Of a stretch of 57,704 nucleotides of DNA, positions 40,061 through 49,631 are shown in pieces (within the stretch, counting starts at the first letter, position 1; the number at the start of each line of letters is the position of its first letter). Both the position numbers and the translations under genes were made by a program. Where the stretch lies: the IMG/VR virus record IMGVR_UViG_3300032245_001105, positions 1 through 57,704 of that record, one strand, 5' to 3'. The DNA comes from a virus. Lineage: Duplodnaviria > Caudoviricetes. A model generated the notes under the pieces. It did no database searches. It saw nothing but the letters and a program-made list of their open reading frames with translations, and was not told where the DNA came from.

Positions 40061-40720
40061 TTAAGCTGGGTTTACCTGAACATAAGTTGTGGTTGGTGCA
40101 CCTAGGCGATAGTAGAACTTGTTACCACCAAAGTCATATACCCAACGGTTTGTGATGCGTGTGGCGTATGCGCTGGTTGTGATTGCAGTACCTGTAGATG
40201 CCGCAACGTTACCTGTTGCTAAAACTGTAACATTACCTGTACCGTTTACTGCTGTAACTTGTGCCACAGAAGAAATGTTGGCACTGGGACTGGTCCATCT
40301 GATGTAGTCACCAACACGAGCTGTTGCGATTGGTCCAGTTGCTGGTGTGCGTGTATCGTTGGTTACATAAGCACCAGTTGCACCACCGGCCACGTTGGCT
40401 GCCGCAACGTTGGCTGCACCACCTGCATTCAAGTTGATCAAAATGTTCATTTGACCAGCTGACAAGTTGGGGCTGTTGACCAATGTACAGGTGCCAAAGC
40501 GTGTGCCATCATAAACATAAAACTTATGAGCACCTTTTTGGCGTTGTATATTACCAGCAACAGAGCTGCCACCTGTTACATAAACCTGTGGGCTGATTTG
40601 GTAACCGGTTTGACTTGTGTTACCACCTGTACCACCGATTGGGTTACCACCGATCAAAATAGGACTTACATATTTGTCTGTGGTTGCGTTATTCTTTGTA
40701 ATTTTTAGTTTGTTTGCCAT
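40061..40720 (-). CDS. Structural protein, possibly a capsid decoration protein
   Basis: Own late promoter, strong AAGGAG RBS and own terminator; next minus-strand gene after the major capsid gene. Confidence 0.7.
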   Translation of the reverse strand: MANKLKITKNNATTDKYVSPILIGGNPIGGTGGNTSQTGYQISPQVYVTGGSSVAGNIQRQKGAHKFYVYDGTRFGTCTLVNSPNLSAGQMNILINLNAGGAANVAAANVAGGATGAYVTNDTRTPATGPIATARVGDYIRWTSPSANISSVAQVTAVNGTGNVTVLATGNVAASTGTAITTSAYATRITNRWVYDFGGNKFYYRLGAPTTTYVQVNPA

Positions 40721-40729
40721 TTGTTTTCT

Positions 40730-40794
40730 CCTTGTGTTAGCGTTCTAAGCTACGCGAAGTGGCGCTCCGCGAACTCTCCTTTAAGAGCGAACAT
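40730..40794 (-). ncRNA. Structured 5' leader (three-way junction, possible pseudoknot); candidate cis-regulatory RNA
   Basis: GUUC/GAAC closing stem, GCUCU/AGAGU and CGCGGAG/CUUCGCG hairpins, located between TAAATA (40797-40802) and the RBS. Confidence 0.55.
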
Positions 40795-40811
40795 TATATT
40801 TACCATTTTTG

Positions 40812-40839
40812 TTGACTTTACCACAGTACCGCGTATAAT
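40812..40839 (+). promoter_or_regulatory. Sigma70-type promoter
   Basis: TTGACT-16 nt-TATAAT. Confidence 0.65.
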
Positions 40840-40861
40840 TAAATACGAAAAGGAACATATC

Positions 40862-41101
40862 ATGGATGTAGATTCAGCGGCAACATTTTTATCATGTGCA
40901 ATACTATTTGGAGCAGGCTTTGCCATCCTTGGTATCACAATTATTTTTCTAAACAATATCATTCACAAATATTGGAAACCGGTTCGTATCTTCACTGAAG
41001 ACAGTTGGGTATTCAACATGGGCAATACGCCTCCTGCCAGATTTGCTGAACCACATGAAATAGAACCAAAGATTCCTCCTGTACTGGACAAGAAACAATA
41101 G
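40862..41101 (+). CDS. 79-aa single-pass membrane protein (start corrected to MDVDSAA)
   Basis: AAGGAA RBS; hydrophobic FLSCAILFGAGFAILGITIIFL segment. Confidence 0.65.
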   Translation: MDVDSAATFLSCAILFGAGFAILGITIIFLNNIIHKYWKPVRIFTEDSWVFNMGNTPPARFAEPHEIEPKIPPVLDKKQ

Positions 41102-41106
41102 TCAAC

Positions 41107-41132
41107 AAAAAAGGGCCTTTCGGCCCTTTTTT
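41107..41132. terminator. Bidirectional intrinsic terminator (major capsid / membrane protein)
   Basis: A6-GGGCC-TTTC-GGCCC-T6. Confidence 0.9.
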
Positions 41133-41168
41133 GTTTTTCCTTCCCATCCCTGAGAAAGCTCGTTCCAA

Positions 41169-42338
41169 TTACTGGAATGATAAGTTGCTTACTGCAATGC
41201 TTTCTAGGTAGTCGGCAGCGTTACCCAAAGATGACGCTGTGTTTGTTAACTCAACATATCCGTAACGAGTCATAAAGCCTACGACTGGTTCGAATGTAGC
41301 TGGGTCAAGAACAACACCAGAACTCATTAGAGGAATATATGGGCAATAGAACGCGGCTGCATCAGCCTCGCTAGTACCTTTGTATCCAACTAATACAGAA
41401 GCTGTGTCAGATGCATAGCTATCAACATAGATACGCATTGCACCATTCAATGTACCAACAAACTTGGTGTTTGTAGGAGCTTCGAATGTGCCTTCTGTTG
41501 TGCGAGCAAATGCGCTAGTAGTTGCAGATTGCAATACTGTCAATGCGGCTGGAGATACAACTGCCCAGTTAGCGGCGCCACGACGTGTGCGTTGTGCGAT
41601 CAAGTTAGCGGCACGGTTGATAACAACTGCCAATGCGGCATGCTCGTCACCAACGAATGTAGCTGTACCAGATACTGTAGCTTGGTTGTATGTGTATGTA
41701 GAACCGCTTAGAGCACGTAGGCTACCAAGAATTTCTTGGTCGATTTCAACTGTGATTTCTTGAGCCAAAGCTGCCATGATTTCTGCTTCAACATCCAAAC
41801 CGTGCATAGACTGTGCGTCTTGAGCGGCTTCAAATGTCCAACGAGCAGACAATTTACGTGTTTTAGCTTCAACAACTTGTTTCAAGATCTGAACGTTGAT
41901 ACGACGACCTGGAACTCCTTCAAGAGCCGCAGTAGACTGAGCCTTGTCATCTGCACCACCCGAGTATGCCGAAGCAATCTTGAATGGGCTTAATGCTTCT
42001 TCACCAGCAGTAACATCAGTACCACTTGTGCTGTCAACGCTGTCAGCGTAACGAACACGTAGAGTATGGATTTGACTAACTGGACCTGTCATTGGTTGTA
42101 CACCAACGATTTCGTTAGCAATAACTGTAGGCATAACACGACGGATAACTGGTAAAATCACACGGTTTAATGTGGAGATGTTACCAGCTGATGTTCCGCC
42201 AACTGTTGCGCTCTCAGCTAAATGCTTACGAGTGTTTTCCAAAATGGCTGCCATCGATGTACGACGTGAACCTTGTAGGCCTTCTAACAGGGCTTCTTTG
42301 GTTTCGCCCCAACGGCTTTCTAATAATACTTGTGACAT
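41169..42338 (-). CDS. gp23: Major capsid protein
   Basis: RRVMPTVIANEIVGVQPMTGP...EAKTRKLSARWTFEAAQD...YCPYIPL...GFMTRYG. Confidence 0.97.
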   Translation of the reverse strand: MSQVLLESRWGETKEALLEGLQGSRRTSMAAILENTRKHLAESATVGGTSAGNISTLNRVILPVIRRVMPTVIANEIVGVQPMTGPVSQIHTLRVRYADSVDSTSGTDVTAGEEALSPFKIASAYSGGADDKAQSTAALEGVPGRRINVQILKQVVEAKTRKLSARWTFEAAQDAQSMHGLDVEAEIMAALAQEITVEIDQEILGSLRALSGSTYTYNQATVSGTATFVGDEHAALAVVINRAANLIAQRTRRGAANWAVVSPAALTVLQSATTSAFARTTEGTFEAPTNTKFVGTLNGAMRIYVDSYASDTASVLVGYKGTSEADAAAFYCPYIPLMSSGVVLDPATFEPVVGFMTRYGYVELTNTASSLGNAADYLESIAVSNLSFQ

Positions 42339-42363
42339 AATTTTTCCTTTTTCCTTTTAGGGT

Positions 42364-43464
42364 TTACTTTAGCCCTGCTAAACGCTTTAATGCGATAACA
42401 TTGCTGTCATCTGCTTCGACAACGGTTTTAGCAGTCTTATCTCCAGTTACTTCGCTACGGCTTTCAGCTAATACAGCTTTTGGAGCTGATGTCTTAACTG
42501 TTCCGTTGTTTAGTACGGCTGGAAGATACTTTTCATATGCAGTCTGCAACTTCGCAGTCTGCACAGATTCTAACAAGTCGCTCATAATAGCGGCTTTTTC
42601 CTTATTCAAAGGCTTCAACATAGACTCAAGCATTACCTTGCGCTCTGCAGATTCCTTAATAATACGGATTTCTTTTTCTTTGGATTCTACTAGTACTGAA
42701 TTCTCTTCAGCTTGCTTCTTGGCTTCTGCCAATGCTTGCTGAGTTTGCTTAACAGCATCTTGTAGTTTACGAACTTCTTTGTTCTCATTCAAGTGAGTAA
42801 CAGCAAATTCGCTGGCAAAAGCTTCAAATAAACGACGACCAAACATGTTCTCACGAGCAGTATGGATATCTTCTTTTAGTTGAGTCAATTCCGACTCTAG
42901 CTTGGTAGCTACAGATTCTTTTACAAGTTCACTAGCACGACTAATAAATGCTGTTTGCAGTTTGGCCATTTTGTCTTTGGCTTCTGCTACTAGGCGTACT
43001 TTAGTTTCTACTACTGCTTGTTTGTCTTGTTCAAATTCAGAAATTTCTTCAGCCAAGGCCTTGATAACAAACGATTCAAGTTTAGCAATGCTATTCTCGT
43101 ATTGTTTGCGATCGCTACGAAGTTCTTTGATTTCTTCGGCTAGTTTAGTAACCATGAAATTGTTGAACTTGTCTGCGCTTTCAGTCATGTGCATGTTGAA
43201 ACGCACACGATCTTCAGCTAAGGCTTTCTTTTCTGTATGAAATTCTTCTAATTCGCTAGTAAGACTTTCTGTAACCATCTTGTCTAGAGCTTCAACCATT
43301 ACACTTTTGTCATGTTCGTAGCGACCTGCAAATTCCTCACGTAGCTCTGCGCGAACTTGTTCGCGGGCTTCATTCAGCTTGGCTTCCCAAGCTTCATTAA
43401 GAGCTTGTTGAGTGCTTTCGTTTATAAGGCCACTGTCTAACAATGGTTTGATAGCATCTAACAT
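42364..43464 (-). CDS. gp22: Prohead core scaffold protein
   Basis: Glu/Lys-rich coiled coil between the protease and capsid genes. Confidence 0.88.
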   Translation of the reverse strand: MLDAIKPLLDSGLINESTQQALNEAWEAKLNEAREQVRAELREEFAGRYEHDKSVMVEALDKMVTESLTSELEEFHTEKKALAEDRVRFNMHMTESADKFNNFMVTKLAEEIKELRSDRKQYENSIAKLESFVIKALAEEISEFEQDKQAVVETKVRLVAEAKDKMAKLQTAFISRASELVKESVATKLESELTQLKEDIHTARENMFGRRLFEAFASEFAVTHLNENKEVRKLQDAVKQTQQALAEAKKQAEENSVLVESKEKEIRIIKESAERKVMLESMLKPLNKEKAAIMSDLLESVQTAKLQTAYEKYLPAVLNNGTVKTSAPKAVLAESRSEVTGDKTAKTVVEADDSNVIALKRLAGLK

Positions 43465-43474
43465 TAGGTTTCTC

Positions 43475-44122
43475 CTATTTTAACTTCAAATCTTTGATTA
43501 GGCGCATAACGCCTTCTTGTACATACTTTTGTACTTTTTGATCTTTACTGGCTTCACGTGCCACTTCAAACAACTGAGCACCACCACGCATGTTCATAAG
43601 ACCCTCGTACACAGCTTTTGGATATGCATGAGGTGCGCTGGGTTGTGCCACGATGTCAACGGTAATGATTTCAAAATCACTAACGTGTCCACTGCTTTCA
43701 TTTACCTGACCTGAACCGCGACTGCTAACACCCAGCTTGACGCCACTTGTTAACATTGATTTTACAAGTTCACCCATTGGTGTTGGTAAAAGTTTTAACT
43801 TTCCATGTCCGCAGTTGCCTTCCATCCACATGCGTGTGATCATATGGCTAACACGGTCTAGATTAATTTTCAAATCATCAGGATGATCAACTTCACCTAG
43901 GACAGAGTATCCAGATTTTAATTGATCATTAATAGTTTGCACAGCTTTCTCAATTTCACGAACAGGGTATACTCGCTTGTTGTGGTTTTCAACACCACCT
44001 TCAATGAATACACCTGTCATGCAGAGATCCTTCGACTTGCCGTCTGCACTACCTTCTTCAAGGATAGTTAGTCCGGCTTGATCGAACGATAAATTCTCTC
44101 TAAGATAACGAGCTGTTTGCAT
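43475..44122 (-). CDS. gp21: Prohead protease
   Basis: GVFIEGGVENHNKRVY...LGEVDHP...VSH...GVSSRGSG...DIVAQPSAP. Confidence 0.95.
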   Translation of the reverse strand: MQTARYLRENLSFDQAGLTILEEGSADGKSKDLCMTGVFIEGGVENHNKRVYPVREIEKAVQTINDQLKSGYSVLGEVDHPDDLKINLDRVSHMITRMWMEGNCGHGKLKLLPTPMGELVKSMLTSGVKLGVSSRGSGQVNESSGHVSDFEIITVDIVAQPSAPHAYPKAVYEGLMNMRGGAQLFEVAREASKDQKVQKYVQEGVMRLIKDLKLK

Positions 44123-44127
44123 TCGTA

Positions 44128-45108
44128 TTATTTGCCTGTGTTCTGCTTTAGTACAGATTTGTCAGCAACTGGCACTTTACCGCCTGTTGTTTGGCCTTCT
44201 GGACCATTGGCTGATTCCCAGTTTTTACCTACTGGACTTGTTTTCTTGCTACCGCCAGGTGCGTTTTGAAACTTTTCGTTAGATAGTTTGCCTTCGCCCT
44301 TGCTGTATTCGTTGTTTGGCTTTGGAATGGACTTGCCGTCTGGAGCTTCGTTAGTAGCACCAGTCTTGTTCAAGATGTTCTTGCTTGTACCACCAAAGTC
44401 AGGACCGTTTGTACGGGTAACAGACTTGGTATTTACAGGAACTTTTTTACCGTTGCCAGACTCTGTACCTTCAGCATTGTCACCTTCTCCGCCGTATACT
44501 TGACCAATTTGGTCTACATATTCGCGCATTAGTTGTGCAACACTCTTAGGGCCATTGCTTTTGGCTTCTTTGACTTCGTCTTTTTCTTCGTCTTTGTCTT
44601 CTTCAGTGTCTTCATCAGACTCTTCAGCTTCCATTACGCCTTCGCCAAATGCTGGCTCTTCTTCTGGTGCGCCAACTTCTTCTGACTCATCGTCCATTGG
44701 CTCCATATCTGTGTCGCTGTCGCCACCATCCAATTGTGCTTGGATTTCAGCAAACATGTCTTTTAGCTCGTCGATGTCAGCTTTGGTAGCTGGCTCGTCA
44801 CCGCCCATGTCGTCACCGCCCATGTCTGTGGGTGGCAAATCGCCGCCTAGTTCGTCTTCGTCTTCTTGGTCTTCACCATCAAGACTGAATTCGTCTTCTT
44901 CTTCAGAAATGCCGCCATTCTCGTCAGCTGTTACTTCTTGAGTAAGTTGGTCCACAGGCATGCCGCCTATTTCATTCATTTCGTCTTCGTCCATTAAACT
45001 TTCGTAGATGTCGCGACTTTTTTCTACTACAATCTCATGAAATAATTCACGAGCTTTTTGTTCGTTTTCATTGATGATGTATTCAATCAATTTTTCATAC
45101 TTGTTCAT
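44128..45108 (-). CDS. Acidic prohead core protein (gp67/gp68-like position)
   Basis: Highly D/E-rich; between portal and protease. TAAATA at 45141-45146. Confidence 0.65.
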   Translation of the reverse strand: MNKYEKLIEYIINENEQKARELFHEIVVEKSRDIYESLMDEDEMNEIGGMPVDQLTQEVTADENGGISEEEDEFSLDGEDQEDEDELGGDLPPTDMGGDDMGGDEPATKADIDELKDMFAEIQAQLDGGDSDTDMEPMDDESEEVGAPEEEPAFGEGVMEAEESDEDTEEDKDEEKDEVKEAKSNGPKSVAQLMREYVDQIGQVYGGEGDNAEGTESGNGKKVPVNTKSVTRTNGPDFGGTSKNILNKTGATNEAPDGKSIPKPNNEYSKGEGKLSNEKFQNAPGGSKKTSPVGKNWESANGPEGQTTGGKVPVADKSVLKQNTGK

Positions 45109-45212
45109 AAGAACTCCTTTGTCAAGTGGCTTTGTGTAGTTATTTACATAACTACGTATATTTCTAGGTTAAATGGGGGTTTTTTAAAGGATTTTGACGA
45201 GATAACTAGTTA

Positions 45213-45458
45213 TCACATCGGGGGAGCACCGGCTGCCGCGGCATCAGGCGCCGGTTGATATTGTTTTGCAACAGACTTTAACTTCTTTTCATGTTCAAAT
45301 TTACGCACATCATTGGCTATTCTCAGCTTGTTTAAGTGTGCCAAAGTCAAGCGAGTCTTGCGTAGATCTTTGAGTTTGAGTACAGAATTGTCATCCTTTT
45401 CTGTATTATAACCCGGAAGATTTGGCTTGGCTTCTTGTGAAAATTCGTATAAGTTCAT
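45213..45458 (-). CDS. Small head-cluster protein
   Basis: 81-aa ORF with RKTRLTL..LNKLR motif. TAAATA at 45464-45469. Confidence 0.7.
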   Translation of the reverse strand: MNLYEFSQEAKPNLPGYNTEKDDNSVLKLKDLRKTRLTLAHLNKLRIANDVRKFEHEKKLKSVAKQYQPAPDAAAAGAPPM

Positions 45459-45480
45459 ATGTGTATTTAATCAAATTGGG

Positions 45481-47190
45481 TTAAACTGGTGCCGCAGGGG
45501 CCGCGCCAACACCGGGGGCAGGAGCAGGTGCGCCGGGTTCTACAGGTGCTCCTTCTGCGCCAGCTTCGGGAGTAACTGCACCCAAATCGCTTTCGATGCC
45601 GCCGGGACTAATGCCCATGCTACGCAAGTTTGGTGCATCGGCAGGGGCTTCTTCAACATTGCCACGCTCTTCATTCCAGGCAATTTCGTTTTCGCTGATC
45701 TCCATTTCGCTCATGCCCAAGTAGCGTTTCATTAAGAATCGCTTGGCCAGATATGGATATTGTTCTAGCTGTGTAAATGTGGCAATACGAGCACTATCAA
45801 TGTCTGCTTGGCGATAAGCCGCAAAGTTCTGCGGTTCTTCAAACACCAGATCAAACAGTTGTCCATCAATATTAACGCCTCTCCAGCGCATAAACATCTT
45901 GAACTCTTGATCTAAACGATCAATAATCATGGCTTGCAGACGCTTACAGTACTGTGTAAAGCGCCATTCTTGTATTAATGCTGTGCCCACTTTACCATCG
46001 CTATAACTCTGTGTGCCATCATCTACACCAGACGGCAAATAACTAGCAGGGATACGCAGTCCACGGAATAACTTGTTGGTGAAGAACTTCAAGTCTGTGA
46101 TTTCACCTAGATTTTGTCCACCGGCCAGTGCTTCTACGCTAGATCCACGACCATCTGCACTCACAGGGAAGAAGAAGTCTTCATTTTGGCTCAAGGGATT
46201 GTATGTGGCATCCATCATGTTGACACCACCTCCGGTTTGTGTAGGGATTCTGCGCTGATGAATTTCGTTTTTGATACGTTCAACAAAGGCCATGGCCATG
46301 TGTGGAACCATATTGCCCACATCAATCTTGAAGATTCTACGCTCAGGAGCACGTTGTACACGATAGATAATGATAGCGTCTTCTAGCAGTTCTTTCTGCT
46401 TGAACACTTTGAAAACGTTTTCTAACACGCTGTTACCAAATGGCCAGAATATGTCCAAGCCTTCTGTGAGACTCAGGTGTATGATGTGTTCTGCATTAAC
46501 AACCGCTTCGTTTTGAGCATGTTGAAAACGTCCGCCACCCGAGCTAGGAGCATTGGGCTGTATATAACTGCCCTGTGGTCCACCGATTTGTGGATGGTTA
46601 CTGAATGTATCGCTGGTACTGACTGCCGTAACTGTCAAGTTTTGAAAGTTGGGGTTAATGTCTTTGATCACATACTGTTCAGGTTTTTTGCCTTCACCTT
46701 CGTTTACAATCACTTTGACCACCTTGCTCATTTCGGTCCAAAACAATTTAAATGTTTCTGGATCACGCAAAAATACTTGGTCCCCATATTTGATTGTGTT
46801 ACGCACAATCTTAAAGATACGCTTGTTAAACTCGTTCAAGCTGACCCATTGCTGTAGTTGCTCTTTGATAATTTTAACTTCGTTGTCTGTGGGTTTTTCT
46901 TTAAAGTGTATCGTAAATGCTGTGCCGTTTTCAGCGTTCTTTTGTGTGCAAAACTCAGCCAAAATATCTAGAGCCGCATTAATTTCGCTGTCCATGTCCA
47001 TTTGCTCGTATTGATTATAACGTTCAACACGATTGGGATGGCCAATGTAAACTTCAGGTAGTGAACTTTGATAGTTACGATAACCAGGATCTGCAGGACT
47101 TCCAGATTGTGCAGTTGCACCCGAAATTGGGCTTACAGAGCCACCGTATTGGGTATTGCTGGTTTTAAAATATTTTTTCCATCCGGCCAT
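45481..47190 (-). CDS. gp20: Portal protein
   Basis: LLEDAIIIYRVQRAPERRIFKIDVGNM...EDFFFP...GRGSSVEAL.GGQNLGEI.DL.FF..KL.RGLRIP. Confidence 0.96.
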   Translation of the reverse strand: MAGWKKYFKTSNTQYGGSVSPISGATAQSGSPADPGYRNYQSSLPEVYIGHPNRVERYNQYEQMDMDSEINAALDILAEFCTQKNAENGTAFTIHFKEKPTDNEVKIIKEQLQQWVSLNEFNKRIFKIVRNTIKYGDQVFLRDPETFKLFWTEMSKVVKVIVNEGEGKKPEQYVIKDINPNFQNLTVTAVSTSDTFSNHPQIGGPQGSYIQPNAPSSGGGRFQHAQNEAVVNAEHIIHLSLTEGLDIFWPFGNSVLENVFKVFKQKELLEDAIIIYRVQRAPERRIFKIDVGNMVPHMAMAFVERIKNEIHQRRIPTQTGGGVNMMDATYNPLSQNEDFFFPVSADGRGSSVEALAGGQNLGEITDLKFFTNKLFRGLRIPASYLPSGVDDGTQSYSDGKVGTALIQEWRFTQYCKRLQAMIIDRLDQEFKMFMRWRGVNIDGQLFDLVFEEPQNFAAYRQADIDSARIATFTQLEQYPYLAKRFLMKRYLGMSEMEISENEIAWNEERGNVEEAPADAPNLRSMGISPGGIESDLGAVTPEAGAEGAPVEPGAPAPAPGVGAAPAAPV

Positions 47191-47227
47191 ATATGTTCTC
47201 TAAATGTGTATAGTATATTTACCGCAA

Positions 47228-49582
47228 TTAATAGCTGTTGTTCAATAAACCTTGAGAGATATCTTTCTGGTCGCCCATCAAATCTGCCATGGTCACGTGA
47301 TAGCTCAATTGTTTGCTTGCTGTGTCCTTCATCTCTTCCATGTGCTTGACCAAATCATTCATTGAACTGGTATTCTGTGAGTCTTTATGCACTTGTATTA
47401 GCTCTTGAAATAATTCTTTAATTTCAGATAAAAATTCTTCGTTAGCATCACCGGAATTTGTTACATCTTTAGGAAACAACTCAGCAAGCATACTGCCAAA
47501 GTCAGGTAACTGCATGGCTCCACTGAGAGTAACTGGTATAGTCCTACCATCGGGCAACGGCACAGCGGCTTCAGGACCGGCTTCACCAAATATGGCTTTT
47601 CTGTTGGTTATACCACCAACTGCATACTGTTGCATAGAGGCTTCTATGGCACTGGTATCATTGTCTTTGATCGAAGCTTCATACGCTTCTTTTTTCTTTT
47701 GCTGTTCAGGAGTTAAATTGGCGCCATAATATTTCTGCAGAATAGTACCATCTTTTGTACTTTCATTATATTCTTTACGAAGTTTTTCTTGATCTTCATG
47801 TTTAGCACGTTTACCTTCTATTTCATTGATCTTGCCCTTGACATATCCAGAAAAATCCACAGCAACCTTCAGGGCTTCTTGAAAGTAGGCCATGGTCTCT
47901 GCGGCATTCTTTGCCAAGATGTTGGCATAGGCCGGCAAGTTGTCAGTAGCGAACTTTTCCATTTGATTTTGGAACGTGGTCATTTGACTAGTTAAATCTT
48001 GATAACCTTTGGTCAGACTATCTGTGGCTGTGGCTTGACTTTCTGCCGCGGCCCCCGATTCCTCAACTGCTTCAGCATTATACATTGCAGATGCACTGAT
48101 CTGATTTTGCATGTCGGCAGCGCCTTGCAACGATCCACCAAGACGGTTAGCAACACCAATTGCATTACCATTGGCTTTGTTCAAATCTCTTTGTGCTTGA
48201 CCTGCGGCTGACGCTTGTTTCAATGTTTCTTTTTGTGCAGCCGACGCATCTTTGCCTGAATCTTTAATAGTGTCATATGAACCTTTAATGAGTTTTTCAA
48301 CTTCTTTGTTTTGGCTCATAGCAATGTTGGTTGCCTGATCCGTGATAGCGGTGCCACCCGATGACACATATTCCAAGAAACCTTTCTTGGCATAATCAGG
48401 CATAGCGGCATAGGCCGCCTGGAATTTTTTAGCTTCCTCAGGACTCAGCTGGGCCATGATGTCTGCTTCCATGCCTTTCTTGGCCGCTTCCTCCATGGCC
48501 TTTTTAGCATCCTTGCCGGTAATGTCTGACAACACTTTCAGATCTTTGGCATAAGTTCTAGTTGTTGCGGCCAATTCTGCATCACTCATCCTGCGAGTAT
48601 TGCCTGCAGCCTTGTCCAAGGCATTAACCTGAGCTACCAGTTGGGCTTGCTCTTCGTAACTATAGCCCAAGGCTAACAGCTCATCGCGCACAGTATTACC
48701 GCTGGTACCCATGGTGGTAGCCAAGGTCTTTGCACCCTGTGCCATCATACGAGCGGCTTCGGCGTGTGTTACGCCCATCAACTTGATCTCTTCGCTGGAT
48801 GCCAACACAGCAGATTGCAACTGTTTCATGCCCATGCCTGAATCATGTGCTATGTTACGCATTTCAATCATGCCACCTGCAAAGCTGGCACCTACCTTGG
48901 TATACTCCTTTAATGCATCTGCTGACTTTTGAAATTCTTTGGCAAATATTTCATTGGCCATTTTCAGGATAGTGGTGGCAAAGTCGATCACAGCCTTGGC
49001 TGCCGCACTCATTGCATTTACCAATCCCGTACCAACACTACTAAACGGACCCAATATGCCTGCGGCCGCTGTACCCAATCCTGCGGCCACATCCACTGCG
49101 GCCTTGGCGGCCGCTCCAGCCAAATCAATATTGGTTGACAGCATGGTTGCGGCCGCACCAATGGGATTTTCTGCCATCTGATCATAACTGCTAACAAATG
49201 CCGAAGCCACTGCGGCCGCAGTTTGTGCCAGTGTTGATGTAAAACCCAGCAGTGCATTGCCCACTTGCGAAGCTCCTGTAGACACACTGCTACCCAAGTT
49301 CTTCATGTACTTGCTAGTAGCTTCAGCCTGTTGATTATTCTTTCCAGTTTGTTTGGTTGATTCCTCAGAGGCCTTGGTATTCTTCTTACGAGCTTCTATT
49401 TCTTTTTCTTGTTGTTTTAGTAGATCCTGTGCATTGCCAGCACCGTTGTTACCCACCATGCCACCGCCAGCGCCGCCTTTGCCCTTCATTACATCTAAAA
49501 GTTTTTGTAGTGTTTCTTCAGACGCGGCATTTTCAGCAATGACATTGCCAATTCCAGGTATGTTAATTTGTACGCTAGCCAT
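47228..49582 (-). CDS. Tape-measure-like protein
   Basis: Ala-rich helical protein with C-terminal YAVGGI...FGEAGPEAAVPL motif. Confidence 0.65.
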   Translation of the reverse strand: MASVQINIPGIGNVIAENAASEETLQKLLDVMKGKGGAGGGMVGNNGAGNAQDLLKQQEKEIEARKKNTKASEESTKQTGKNNQQAEATSKYMKNLGSSVSTGASQVGNALLGFTSTLAQTAAAVASAFVSSYDQMAENPIGAAATMLSTNIDLAGAAAKAAVDVAAGLGTAAAGILGPFSSVGTGLVNAMSAAAKAVIDFATTILKMANEIFAKEFQKSADALKEYTKVGASFAGGMIEMRNIAHDSGMGMKQLQSAVLASSEEIKLMGVTHAEAARMMAQGAKTLATTMGTSGNTVRDELLALGYSYEEQAQLVAQVNALDKAAGNTRRMSDAELAATTRTYAKDLKVLSDITGKDAKKAMEEAAKKGMEADIMAQLSPEEAKKFQAAYAAMPDYAKKGFLEYVSSGGTAITDQATNIAMSQNKEVEKLIKGSYDTIKDSGKDASAAQKETLKQASAAGQAQRDLNKANGNAIGVANRLGGSLQGAADMQNQISASAMYNAEAVEESGAAAESQATATDSLTKGYQDLTSQMTTFQNQMEKFATDNLPAYANILAKNAAETMAYFQEALKVAVDFSGYVKGKINEIEGKRAKHEDQEKLRKEYNESTKDGTILQKYYGANLTPEQQKKKEAYEASIKDNDTSAIEASMQQYAVGGITNRKAIFGEAGPEAAVPLPDGRTIPVTLSGAMQLPDFGSMLAELFPKDVTNSGDANEEFLSEIKELFQELIQVHKDSQNTSSMNDLVKHMEEMKDTASKQLSYHVTMADLMGDQKDISQGLLNNSY

Positions 49583-49594
49583 GAATTTCCCAGG

Positions 49595-49618
49595 TAAATA
49601 GAACTATACATCTATTTA
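49595..49618. promoter_or_regulatory. Pair of oppositely oriented TAAATA late promoters driving divergent genes
   Basis: TAAATA on the plus strand at 49595-49600 and on the minus strand at 49613-49618. Confidence 0.65.
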
Positions 49619-49631
49619 TGGAGATCAAAAC

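Larger units (their letters stand above)
1941..49618. promoter_or_regulatory. Dispersed T4-like late promoter motif TAAATA (about 20 intergenic copies; span given)
   Basis: Minus strand: 1941, 3305, 4304, 6724, 7429, 10779, 13729, 19171, 19703, 22928, 36343, 39986, 40797, 45141, 45464, 47216, 49613. Plus strand: 10850, 15497, 49595. Each is oriented toward the downstream gene. The T4 consensus is TATAAATA. Confidence 0.85.
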
